Shown here one piece after another: positions 27,351 through 38,884 of a DNA stretch of 64,000 nt. The stretch comes from Mobula hypostoma (Eukaryota). The stretch is taken from assembly GCF_963921235.1 (NCBI RefSeq), contig NC_086108.1, positions 7,254,001 through 7,318,000 on the forward strand, read 5' to 3'. Position numbers and translations under genes: made by a program. Below the pieces are notes generated by a model. It saw only the letters and a program-made list of their open reading frames with translations, had not been told where the DNA came from and ran no database searches. Every line of letters starts with the position of its first letter. Within the stretch, counting starts at the first letter, position 1.

Positions 27351-27656
27351 GGCATCCGTTAGTCTTGCGAGACCATGGATCTGCGCCTGGAAAGTCTTCA
27401 CTCTCCAGGTTGCAGGCCTGGGCAAGGTCGTATGGAAGACCGGCAGTTGCCCATGCTGCAAGTCTCCCCTCTCCATGACACCAATGTTGTCCAAAGGAAA
27501 GGCATTAGGACCCATACAGCTTGGCACCAGTGTCGTCGCAGAGCAGTGTGTGGTTAAGTGCCTTGCTCAAGGACACAACATGCTGCCTCGGCTGGGGTTC
27601 AAACTCACGACCTTCAGATCGCTAGTCCAATGCCTTAACCACTTGGCCACGTGCCC
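27351..27656 (-). mobile_element. tRNA-derived SINE
   Basis: Head gggcacgtggccaagtggttaaggc with A box and B box (gtttgaacc), followed by gtgtccttgagcaaggcacttaacc; flanked by AT-rich simple sequence. Confidence 0.8.
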
Positions 27657-27699
27657 AGACATAATAATAAATATATATATAAATAATATATCCGAGTGG

Positions 27700-28085
27700 C
27701 AGGATGGAGATACATTTGTACCAAAGAAGGTGTAAGGTGCTTCTTCCCTCCGCTAGCCTGCAGGTTACACTTGGGCAGGTGTAGTACCTGCTTAGCCCCC
27801 CCCCCCCGACCCCGAGCAGGGTCATGTGAAGCCACGGGAGCCGGTGGTGGATGGTCGTATGAGCAGCTGGTGCAGATCAAAACTCCTGGTTATGTGACCA
27901 CTGACGCCAGGCAGACAATCTCTGAAGCGTATTGATAATGGCTGGGGTCACCCATCTTGTAAAGTCACTGCCCAGATGAAGGCAATGGCAAATCACTTCT
28001 GTGGAAAAATTTCCCAAGAACAATCACGGTCATGGAAAGACCATGATGGCCCATGTCATAGGATGTGTACACATTATGAACGAAC
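27700..28085 (+). mobile_element. RTE/BovB-tail SINE-like element; copies at 14160-14540, 62915-63200, fragments at 2107, 32110, 37750, 46108
   Basis: Shared body gctagcctgcaggtcacccttgggcaagg and BovB-like tail gaaggcaatggcaaaccacttctgtag. Confidence 0.7.
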
Positions 28086-28226
28086 ATTATATACAAATTG
28101 AATAACTAGTGCACAAAAAGAACAAAAATAGTGAGAAAAGTGAATATAAAAAACAGGAATTAATATGAAAACAAATTCAAATGAAATCCACATTCTCTGT
28201 GGAAAGTTTCCATTCACTGATCTTAC

Positions 28227-28719
28227 CATTAGCCCTGATGTCATCCTGGGAAGATTTGCCGGTGGAGGCAGACTGGAGGGGATTCTGTAACACATTGGTT
28301 CTGGGCGAAGCGATTTCTACTTCCTCTGCCCAGTCTTTGACCGGATGATATCCTTCAAGCGAGAACGGACTGAGGGGTTTGGATTCTGTATCTGCTGGGA
28401 TCTCGGCATCATCTTTGATGTGTAGTCTGGGTGTCTCCCGGGACTTCCTGACTCGCTGGTCTTTGGCTTCAACCTCTGGACTTTGGTCATTGCTCTGCAC
28501 CTCCTGCTTCTTTGCTCCTCCACCATCTTTCTTCTTTTCCTCATTCAAATCCTCTGCCTCCTCCTCGCCCTCTGACACATCCTCTCCAACAATCTCCTCT
28601 TCACTGTCGCTGGCGTCTTCCCATTGATCATCGTCATCATCAGCATCATCTGCAGGAGACTCATCCACATCGACCTTGCTCTCAGAGTGCTTGGGAGGTG
28701 GGGCTTTCAACTCCTTCTC
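28227..28719 (-). CDS. CCDC9: CCDC9 large acidic exon F (EKELKAPPP...DDQWEDASDSEEE...SPFSLEGYHPVKDWAEEVEIASPRT...AN)
   Basis: Acceptor gtccttgcag|GAG and donor G|gtaaga; 493 nt, phase 0-1. Acidic WED motif and SPFS..G..PV.DW.EEVE..SPRT match the CCDC9 C-terminal region. Unspliced read-through stops at 28177. Confidence 0.9.
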
Positions 28720-29034
28720 CTGCAAGGACAAGAACATTTAACTGATACAACAATTGGCTGAAGGAACTCCGGGTCGAGCAGCATGTGGGGGAAGGCAAAG
28801 GAACTGTTGATGCTTTGGGTTAAAATCCTTGCAACAGGACAACATTAAACTGATGGTGCTTCACAGATGGGCAACCTGGTCACAAGTCCTCCAACTGCTC
28901 AGCTGTGTATCTAATGCAGATTAACATGGAGCTCTGAGCTCCAAGATAATCATTCAATGCTTCACTGGACGAAGAGAGCACATATTGATTCAGCCACCAG
29001 GGGAACACCGTCCTCAGACAAGAAAGAAAGTGGT

Positions 29035-30020
29035 CATAGAGTCATAAAACAGGTCTTTCGGCCCATCTAGTTCATGCTAAACTCTTATTCTGCCCAGTCC
29101 CATCAACCCACACCTGAGCCATAGGCCATCGCTGTCCATACTCCTCTTGCCTATAAGATCATAAGACACAGAAGCTGAATTAGGCTACTCAGCCCATTGG
29201 GTCTGCTCCACCATTTCATCATGACTGATGTATTTCCCTCTCAACCGCATCCTACTCCCTCCTCTTGTAACCTAACTAGTCAAGAACCTATCAACCTCCG
29301 CCTTAAATATACCCAATGACCTGTCCTCCATAGCCAAATGTGGCAACACATTCCACAGATTCACAATCCTTGGGCTAAAGAAATTCCTCACCTGTTCTAA
29401 ATGGATGTCCCTCTATTCTGAGGCTGTGACTTCTGGTCCAAGACTCTCCAACCATACGAAACACCTTCTCCACATCCACTCTATCCAGGCTGATAGGTTT
29501 CATTAAGATTCCCCCACCCTCCCCCCCCACCACTCTTCTAAGTTCCAGCAAGTACGGGCCCAGAGCCATCAAATGCCTCTCACATGTTAACCCTTACATT
29601 CCCAGAATCATTCTCATGAACTTCCTCTGGACCCTCACCAATGTCAGCACATCCTTTCTTAAATAAGCAGCCCAAAACTGCTCACAATACTCCATGTGGA
29701 GCCTCAACAGTGCGTTATAAAGCCTCAATATTACATCCTTGCTTTTATATACTAGTCCTCTTGAAATAAATGCTAACATTGCATTTGTCTTCCTCACCAC
29801 TGACTCAAGTTAACCTTTAAGGAATCCTACACATCTCCCAAGTCTCTTTGCACGTCAGACTTTTGAATTTTCTCTATATTTAAGAAAATTGTCTACGCTT
29901 TTATTTCTTCCACCAAAGTGCATTACCATACTTTCTAACACTGTAATCCATCTGCCATTTCTTCGCCCCTTCTCCCTGCTTCCTCAACACTACCTGCTCC
30001 TTCACCTATCTACGTATTGT
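29035..30020 (-). mobile_element. CR1 fragments
   Basis: NAMLAFISRGLVYKSKDV remnant and 3' UTR. Confidence 0.85.
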
Positions 30021-30593
30021 GTGTTAACATGTACAATGCAATACATGATAAATATAGAAAAAAACTGAATCACAGTAAATATTTATATGTATATTAAATA
30101 GTTAAATGTACTGCAAAATAGAAATAAAAAGTAGTGAGGTAGTGTTCGTGGTTTCAATGCCCATTCAGAAATTGGATGACAGAGGGGAAGAAGCTGTTCC
30201 TGAATCATTGAGTGTGTGCCTTCAGGCTCCTGTACCTCAATCCCGATGGTAACAATAAGAGGGCATGCCCTGGGTAGGAGGGAAGGGTTTAGATTGAACA
30301 GGGTCAGCACAACATCGTTGTCCAAAGGATCAGTTGTATGCTCTACTGTTCCCACCCTACGTCTGTATTGACACCACCACCCCTTATCAAGTCCAAACTA
30401 ACCTCACAAACTCTGCCTGTGTGTATTCCTGGTCACTTCTTTCCTTCCAATGCATTTCCCTCTCCCATTATGGTTGTTCTTTCCCGTTAATGTATCTCAG
30501 GTGTAACATTTACAACATTTACAGACATCTCCCTTTACAGGGGGGAGCACAATACAACCCAAGTGGCTGTTTCCCACCCCTATGTTTGACATG

Positions 30594-31350
30594 AAGTGGG
30601 TGGTGTTGTTGAAGATTGTCATAGGTTACAATGGCATACAGACAGGATGCAAAGCTGGGCTGAGAAGAGGCGGGTGGAGTTCAGTACAGAGAAGTGAGAG
30701 GTGATTCACTTTGGGAAGATCGAACTTGAAGGCAAAGTACAAGGTTAGTGGCAGGATACTTCGCAGTGTGGAGGAACAGAGGGATCCTCGGTCTGTGTCC
30801 ACAGATCTCTCAAAGTTGTCGCACAAGTTGATACGATGGTTAAGAAAGGTTATGGTGTGTTGGCCATCTTTAGTCAGGGGATTGAGTTCAAGAGCCATGA
30901 GGTAATGCTGCAGCTCTATGAAACACTATTAGACCACACTCGGAGTACTGTGTTCAGTTCTGGTCACCTCACTATAGGAAGGATGTGGAAGCATTAGACA
31001 GGGTGTGGAGGAGATCTACCAGGATGCTGCCTGGATTCAACAGCATGTTTTATGAGGATAGGTTGGCTGAGCTAGCGCTTCGCCCTTTGAAGTGAAGCAG
31101 GATGAGAGGTGACTTGATAGAGGTGTACAAGATGGTAAGAGGCATAGATCGAGTGGACAGCCAGAGACCATCCCAGGCGGAGATGGCTAATATGAGGGAT
31201 CATTTTAAGGTGCTCGGAGGAAAACATAGGGAGAATGTCAGTGGTAGGTATTTTACAGAGAGTGGCGGGTGCCTGAGAGTCAATCAAGAGTGCTGCTAGA
31301 ACCAGAAATACTGGGGACATACAAGAGGCACGTAGATAGGCACATGGCTA
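30594..31350 (+). mobile_element. CR1 fragment
   Basis: RGDLIEVYKMVRGIDRVD remnant. Confidence 0.8.
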
Positions 31351-31822
31351 GATTGAAAAGGTTGGGGTGTCGAGACCGGAGGCGAGATATGGGCCACTTC
31401 AGCTCGCTGCTCTGTGAGATTTACTCATCCCTGTACTGAACTGAGGCTGTGTCCTGCAACTAACGGGCTCCTGAATTGGCTGCACTGAAGGATTGGCTTC
31501 GTGGCTGTGCGTGCACTTCTGTGAACTTTAGTTCTGAATGCTACTTGCTCTTTTTTTAAAAAACACATCGGGCGTTTGACGGTTTTTTAAAAATGGGTTC
31601 CACTGGGTTTGTGGCTGCCTGTAAGGAGATGAATCTCAAGGTTGTAAAACATATACTTTGAACTTTAAACATGGATGAAGGAAAAATGAAGAACGATGTG
31701 GGAGGAAAAGGTTAAGTTGATCTTAGAGAAGGTTAAAAGGTCGTCACATCATGAGCCGAAAGAGCTGTACAGTGCTGGGCCTCCGGTACACCACTGCACT
31801 GAAGATCTGGCTGTTTACTTGC

Positions 31823-31874
31823 CTGTTTCTCCTCCACTTCAGCTTCAGGTGTTTCCCAGCGATCATCATGCATG
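31823..31874 (-). CDS. CCDC9: CCDC9 small coding exon E, (S)MHDDRWETPEAEVEEKQ, with GC donor
   Basis: Acceptor ttttttcctgtag|C; conserved HDDRWE motif; 52 nt, phase 2-0 using CAG|gcaagt. Confidence 0.85.
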
Positions 31875-32861
31875 CTACAGGAAAAAAAACAAAGTCCATT
31901 TCACCAGTGCAACCCTCCACACTCAGTTCCTGGCTATTAGGTCACTGGATAGGATCCAGATTCGGGAATGTTTCAGGACATCAGCACTGAAAAGCCATTT
32001 TTCTCCCCGCGCGCACCCCCCCCAAACCCACCCCCTTCTCTCATTCCCAGCCATACAAAAGCCTGAAGTCAAAGCTACTAGGTTCAGAAAAAGTTATTTT
32101 GGCAAGGTTCATTTGTTCATTCTGTGCCATATTGTATGACATGGGTGATCATGGTTTTTCCATGATTATTCTTGGCAAATTTCTCTACAGAAGTGTCTTT
32201 ACAAGACGGGTGATCTCCCCCGCCATTATCAATACTCCTCAGAGATGGTCTGCCTGGCGTCAGCAGGACGTGTGACATGCACTGGCTGTCAGACTGTGGG
32301 GACAGTACGGTAGCGTAGCAGTCAGCGTAACACTATTACAGCACCATCTGTGAGGAGCTTGTATGCTTTCACTGTGGCTTTCCTCCGGGTGCTCTGCTTT
32401 CCTCCCAGGTTCCAAAGACGCACTGGTTAGGGTTGGTGGGTTAATTGGTCACATGGGTGGGCTTGTAATGCCGGAAAGGGCCTGTTACCATGCTGCATCT
32501 CTAAACAATGCCCGGCTTGCCCGTTATGCCACGGGCGTTTAGGGCAGCAACCAAGGTCCTACATCTCTGGCAGCGTTCAGGGCTTCCTTCATCGTGTCAG
32601 CGGCTCAGGTTTTCACTCCTGTCAGTCACGCAGGTCCCATGTGGAGACTCAGGGATACCGTCACACTCAGATGTAGAAGGATTCTTCATTGCTGTTTCCA
32701 TAACAACGTTGTTTGACCAGTCAGGGTTGTCAGCCCTGAGCTGAACCCCAAAACCTGGAGGACTGGTGACCACTCTTAGTCTGGCCTCTACCCTTTGGCC
32801 TGTTTTGCATGCATGACCCTACCAACAGCCAAACCACAAAGCCCTGATTCCAGCCAACATA

Positions 32862-33344
32862 CGAGGGGTGATTGATAAGTTTGTGGCCTAAGCTAGAAGG
32901 AGTCAATTTTAGAAAACCTAGCACATTTATTTTTCAACATAGTCCCCTCCTACAGGTACACACTTAGTCCAGCGGTCGTGGAGCATACGGATCCCTTCTT
33001 TGTAGAAGTGGTCCAAGCAAGGATGATTGATAAGTTCGTGGCCTAAGGTAGAAGGAGATTAGTTATACAGCTCTTGTTACATGCACGTGCAGTTCAACTC
33101 TGAGTGAAAATGCAGAAAGTTTGAAGTTAACAACTCAAGTCCTTCTACCTTAGGTCACGAACTTATCAATCACCCCTGCTGTGGACCACTTCTGGAGGTC
33201 TAAGATGCCGACTTTTACAAAGAAGGGATCCGTATGTTCCACAATTGCTGGACTAAGTGTGTAAATGTACGAAAAATAAATGTGCTAGGTTTTCTAAACT
33301 TGACTCCTTCTACCGTAGGCCACGAACTTATCAGTCGCCCCTCG
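32862..33344. mobile_element. Palindromic mariner-type MITE
   Basis: ta|cgaggggtgattgataag ... cttatcagtcgcccctcg|ta; TA duplication inside an RTE-derived element; four TIR copies. Confidence 0.88.
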
Positions 33345-34004
33345 TAGCTCTCCAGGTCATTGAGGCACACAAGATTCCAAACCTGCACGCCCCTGATCGC
33401 TACCCCAGTATAGCAATATTATGACCACTTAGCACTACAATGGACTGTTTGTTTCAATATGACTGTGTTCTTACTTGGATAATTTTGTACAATTCATGTC
33501 GTTGGTTTATATTTTTTGTGAACATTGTGTATATGATGCAACGTGACTGCCAGGCCACTGCAGAGGTGAATTTATTGTCGTTTCTACACATGCAATGAAA
33601 AACATACTTCCATCAGCCTCACAGGTTCATAGGGCATAGTGGTTAGCACAACACTTTAAAGTGCAGGTGACACGAGTTCAATTCCCTCCTCTGCCTGTAA
33701 GGAGTTTGAATGCTCTTCCCATGACAACGTAGATTTCCTTGTAGAACCCACTGGAAGGTTCATTGGTCATTGTAAATTCTCCCGTAATTAGGCCAGGATT
33801 CAATCATGTCATCCATGGATGGTGCAGCTCAAAGGGCCAGAAGGGCCTATAGTGTGCTGTATCTCAATAAATAATGCATCAGGTGTGCAGCACTCACGAG
33901 AAAAACACAAATTAAATGTAAATTATATAGTTTTTTACATCTGGAACAAGAAAAGACAATGTCGATTTTAGTGCAAAGTAATCACTGCGTTGTTGAACTG
34001 TTGG

Positions 34005-35350
34005 AGAACATAGACTAGTACAGCACAGAAACAGGCCATTCCGCCCACAATGTTGTGCCAAACCAGCTAAAAAGCAACTCAAAAACAACCAAACACTAAT
34101 CCCTCCTACCTACACCGTTTCCATATCCCTCCATCTTCCTCACATCCACGTGCCTATCCAAACATCTCTTACCAGGCAGCATATTCCAGGCATCCACAAC
34201 TCTCCCAGTGAAACGCTTACTCCACATCCCCTTTGAACCTCCCCCCTTTCACCTACAATGCATGCCCTCTGGTATTAAGACATTTCTACACCAAGAAACA
34301 AATACTCCCTGTCTACACAAACAAGAGGAAATCTGCAGATGCTGGAAACCTGAGCAAAACACACAAAATGCTGGAGAAACTCAGCAGGCCTGGCAGCATC
34401 TATGGAAAAGAGTACAGTCAACATTTTGGGCTGAGCCCCTTCATCAGGACATATTCCCCGTCTGCTCTACCCATGTCTCTCATAACCTTATAAACCTCTA
34501 TCAGATCTCCCCTAAACCCCTACCGCTCCAGAGAAAACTACCCAAGTTTGTCCAGCCTCTCATGATAGGACATGACCACTAAACCAGGCAGCATTCGGAT
34601 AAACCTCTCCAAAGACTCAACATCCTTCCTAGACAATGGAGCAACCGGAACTGCATGCAATACTCCAGACGTGGCCTTACCACATCAGGGTTTCGCTAGC
34701 TGGGTCAAGCCCGAATGAGCTGAGTTGGTGGTGAGGACGGCAAATGCAATGTTAGCATTCATTTCCAGAGGACTAGAATATAAAAGCAAGGATGTAATGT
34801 TGAGATTTTATGAAGCACTGGTGAGGCCTCACTTGGGAGTATTGAGAGCAGTTTTGGGCCCCTTATCTAAGAAAGGATGCGCTGACATTGGAGAGGGTTC
34901 AGAGGAGGTTCACAAAAATGAAAGGCTTGTCATATGAGAAGCCTTTGATGGCTCTGGGCCTGTGCTCACTGAAAGTCAGAAGAATGGGGGGGGGGGATTT
35001 CATTGAAACCTATCAAATGTTGAAAGGCCTCAACAGAGTGGATGTTTCCTATGGTGGGGAGTCTATGACCAGAGGGCACAGCCTCAGAATAGAGGGACAA
35101 CCATTTAGAACTGAAATGAGGAGGAATTTCTTTAGCCAGAGAGTGGTAAATCTGTGGAATTTGTTTCCACTTGCGGCTGTGGAGGCCAAGTCATTGGGTA
35201 TACTTAAGGCAGAGGTTGATAGATTCTTGATTGGTCAGGGCATGAAGGGATATGGGGAGAAGGCAGGAGGCTGGGGCTGAGCGGGAAATGGATGCGGCAT
35301 GATGAAATGGCGGAGCAGACTCAATGGCCTAATTCTTCTCCTACATCTTT
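34005..35350. mobile_element. Two CR1 3' fragments in opposite orientation (34005-34683 minus, 34720-35350 plus)
   Basis: ANAMLAFISRGLEYKSK, RRNFFSQRVVNLWN. Confidence 0.85.
34315..34450 (-). mobile_element. Penelope-like pLTR fragment inserted in CR1
   Basis: pLTR consensus with CpG-decayed hammerhead; diverged TSD atactccctgtct / atattccccgtct. Confidence 0.7.
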
Positions 35351-35598
35351 TGGAATGGTTGGAGGTTTTCTTTGCTCCTATGTGCGCACGTACACCTGCA
35401 TTTGAGTACAAACTTGACTTTGAATTTGGGGTTGTTCAGAAGGACAGGGAAGAGAAGTAGCAGAGTTGGCAGCATGGTCGCGTAGCAGTTACAGCGCCAG
35501 CCATCCATGTTGGACCCCGCCACTGTCTGTAAGGAGTTTGCACTCTCCCCATGACAGCGTGGATTTCCTCACACATTCCAAAGACGGTTTGGGTTGGA

Positions 35599-35632
35599 GT
35601 CCTGAAGATGGGTCTCAGCCCGAAACGTTGAC
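35599..35632 (+). ncRNA. Minimal hammerhead motif
   Basis: GUC-CUGAAGA-U-GGG(UCUCAG)CCC-GAAA-C-GUU|GAC. Confidence 0.6.
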
Positions 35633-35736
35633 AGTTAACTCCTTGTCCCACAGATGCTGTCTGACCTGCTGAGTTCCTCCAGCGTTATGTGTGTGTTACT
35701 CTGGACTTCCAGTATCTGCAGATTTTCCCGTGTTTG
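35601..35736 (+). mobile_element. Penelope-like pLTR fragment inserted in a V-SINE
   Basis: TSD tgggttggagt on both sides; same pLTR sequence (gatgctg.ctgacctgctgagttcctccagc...tctgcaga) as the other copies. Confidence 0.75.
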
Positions 35737-36083
35737 TGGGTTGGAGTTAGCATATTTGGACTATGTTGGTCACTGATACCATCAACACATTTTGCTGTAC
35801 ATTTCAATGCACATGTCACAAATAAAGCTAATCCTTAACTTTAAGATGACTGAACGGCCCCTCTCCACACAGTTTCAGCTACCCACGTTGGCATTTCTCA
35901 ACACTCTTTGGGTAGGAACAAGGAGGTGGCAGCCTCCCCCTGTATTGTTCATCAGCTCTGCACCCAAAAGTGGCGCCTTAAACACTAACCAAGAGATGCT
36001 CTCTCGTGGGTTTTGGAGACCAGACACCAGAGACCAGGCACAAATTGGCAGGGAGGTAGACAAGGCTGAAAGATATTGCCTAC

Positions 36084-36189
36084 CTGTAGTTCTTCTCCCT
36101 GCGTTTGACTTTCCCCTTCTTGGAATCCTTACTTTTGGATTGAAAGATAAAGTCAGAAATTGTTGGAGGCTTGGGTGGTCTATGTTCAT
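36084..36189 (-). CDS. CCDC9: CCDC9 coding exon D, (D)EHRPPKPPTISDFIFQSKSKDSKKGKVKRREKNY(S)
   Basis: Acceptor ttttttttcag|AT and donor AG|gtaggc; 106 nt, phase 1-2. Conserved RPPKPPT motif followed by a basic tract. Confidence 0.9.
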
Positions 36190-36287
36190 CTGAAAAAAAA
36201 ATTGAACAGGTTACCAGCTACAGGACCTGGAGAATTAGCAAGGCCATCCAACTCACCTCCGAGAACAGCTTATTTTAACACAGCCTA

Positions 36288-36750
36288 CAGTACTGTCCAA
36301 AAGTCTTAGGCACATATACACAGACAGAGTGACCAAGACTTTTGCACAGTACTGTAGTAGTTCTGCACTGTACTGCTGCCATACAAAAAAACACTACTTT
36401 CATGAATGATGATAAACCTGATTCTGATATGGGTCTCTATTGTGGACTGAGAGTGGGAAGGGGGCAGGGAGAGGGGAATCATGGTTGGGAAAAGGGGAAG
36501 GGAGAGGGGAGGGAGCAGGAAGCACCAGAGACATTCTGTAATGATCAATAAACCAATTGTTTGGAATGAAAGGACCTTGCCTGGTGTCTCAGGGCTGCGT
36601 GCGTCACCCCCACACCCAGGCATTCCTTCTCTGTCACCTGTCCCACATCTCTCCCACGATGCTCCACCTTTGCCATTCTCAACCTCGGTCTGCGCAAACG
36701 TCTTAGACATGCTAGCTATATATATGCGCCCCAGGCTTTTGCACAGCACT
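36288..36750. mobile_element. Tc1-derived MITE sharing its TIR with the 16625 element
   Basis: cagtactgtccaaaagtcttaggcac ... cttttgcacagcac; related truncated copy at ~56133-56445. Confidence 0.75.
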
Positions 36751-36961
36751 ATAAGCCTACTCCAAAACAAAACAGATCTACATTCCTGCAGCACCTCTCA
36801 GACACAGCTCTGCTCTAGGCAGTGCAGTGGTGCAAGTCACAAAGATGTTGCCTTAAGGCCTCTGTTACCCAAGGTTGATCCTGATCCCTGAGGTGGAGTT
36901 TTCACTTTCACAGTGACTACACGGGTTTGCCCCTCAGTTAATACCAGGAATCACTTCCCCC

Positions 36962-38870
36962 CAGGAATGAAAGGGTTAACTTATCAGGAGTGTTTGATGG
37001 CTCCAGGTCTGTACTGGCTGGAGTTTATTAAAATGGGTGGGGGAGGCAGGGGGGAATCTCATTGAAGCCTATCAAAAGGCCTAGATAGAGTTCATGGGTT
37101 AAGGGTGAAAAGTGAAATGTTTAAGGGGAACCTGGGGGAAACTTCTTCACTCAGAGGGTGCTGAGATTGTGTAACAAGCTGCCAGCGGAGATGGTGGACG
37201 TGGGTTTGACGTTAACATGTAAGAGAGGTTTGGATAAGTACATGGATGAGAAGAGCATGGACCAGGTCAACGGGAAACGGCAGAGTAATTATTCGGCACA
37301 CACTAGATGGGCCAAAGAGCCTGGTTGTATGCTGTTGTACTCTAAAAAAGAACATTGGCCAAGACAGAAGAAACTCCCCCGCTCAGGGTATCACATACAT
37401 GGGGTAACTAGGAGTCCATGTAATGCCTGATCCATCTCTGCCCAGCCTCCTACACCGCTGCTTCGGGAGTTTATGACAGCATTTCAGTAGCAGGTCTTGG
37501 CCCAACAACCTGACTAGGGAGGCAGAGGTGTGTCCCACCAGGCCACCAAGCAAACACACAGCAAAGAGGCACTGGAATTCGCACCCACAAATGGAACACG
37601 CAGTGGAGTGAGTCAGTGGTGCCTGGCACTCAAATTTGATTTCTTAAAGCTCTTCGGACCTACGGGCAAACAGTCAGAAATAAGAGACAGAGATAGCAAG
37701 GTAAACAGGAAACAGGAAAGTATAAACAGACTGAAGCATTATCAAATCCACCACCATCATCATTATGTTCCGCGGCATATGACGTGAGCGATCAGGGTCT
37801 TTGACCAAGGTTGCTCTTGGTAAATGTTTCTACAGAAGTGGTTTGCCATTGCCTTGTTCAAATCCATGCAGTATTGACTGAAAAATTTAATTGATTGAGT
37901 TCCAGAGCCACAAGGTAATGTTGTAGCTCCATAAAACTCTGGTTAGACTTGGACTGCACATGGAATACTGCACATGTTCTGGTCACTTCATTACTGGAAG
38001 GATATGGAAACCTTTGAGAGCGCAGAGGAGATTCAGCAGGATGTGGCCTGCATTGGAGACCATGTCTTATGAGAACAGGTTGAGTGAGCTCAGGCTTTCT
38101 CTTTGGAGGGAAGAGAATGAGAGGCGACTTGATGGAGGTGTACAAGATGATAGGAGACACAGATCGAGTGGACAGCCAGACACTTTTTCCCAGGGCAGAA
38201 ATGGCTAATACTAGGGAAGCACAATTTTAAGGTGCTGGGAGGAAAATTTTCAGGTGATTGGAGGGAAGTATAGGGGGCGGGGGTGTCAGAGGTAATTTTT
38301 TTTAAAATACATAGTGTGGTGAGTGTGTGGAAAGCACTGCCAGGAATGGTGGTGGAGGCAAAGAGGCAAATTCATTAGGGATCTCCAAGTGTGCTTTAGA
38401 TAGGCACATCCTCCAAGAGGACCACAGCCTTGCCGTAGGGTTTGGAGGCTTGTGAGCCTCAATGAGCTGGAGAGCTAGGTTGGCTGGAGCCAGGGCCTTG
38501 TGCTTTGGTTCTTGGCAGGGCCACCCATGCCAAACATGTCAAAGGGTAGAGGCCAGACTAAGGGTGGTCCACTGGACCTCCAGGCTCGGGGGTTCAGCTC
38601 AGGGCTAACAACCCTGACTGGTCGAAACACAATCGTTACGGAAACAGCAATGAAGAATCTTTCCACACACTATGGACAGAGAGAGATGGAGGACCTTCAT
38701 TGCTGCCCTAAACACCAGTGGCGTGACAGGCAGTAAGTAGGCAAATAGGCACATGAATGAAAAAATGGAGGGCTATGTGGGAGTGAAGGGTGAGATTGAT
38801 CTTGGAGTGGGTTAAGAGGTCAGTACAGTATCATGGGCCGAAGGGTCTGTACTGTTTCTTTGTTCTGGAG
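36962..38870 (+). mobile_element. CR1 fragments (36962-37345, 37890-38870)
   Basis: CR1 C-terminal coding and 3' UTR similarity. Confidence 0.75.
38410..38740 (+). mobile_element. Bipartite RTE-derived short element; copies at 4030-4322, 5927-6245, 10288-10690, 32510-33383 (minus)
   Basis: Head ggaccacagccttg...ctcaatga...gggccaccca...gtggtcc resembles RTE/BovB 5' ends; tail gagatggaggaccttcattgctgccctaaac...gggcagtaagtag. Confidence 0.7.
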
Positions 38871-38884
38871 TCAACGATCTACTT

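Noticed and set aside
27585..27656. tRNA gene
   Set aside because: It has A and B boxes but no proper anticodon or acceptor stem, and it continues into a SINE body.
27700..27800. HDV-like ribozyme at the head of the RTE-tail SINE
   Set aside because: Local hairpins are present, but I could not build the nested double pseudoknot.
35875..36189. ORF-track protein MNIDHPSLQQ...
   Set aside because: Wrong frame; the real exon reads DEHRPPKPPT in another frame.
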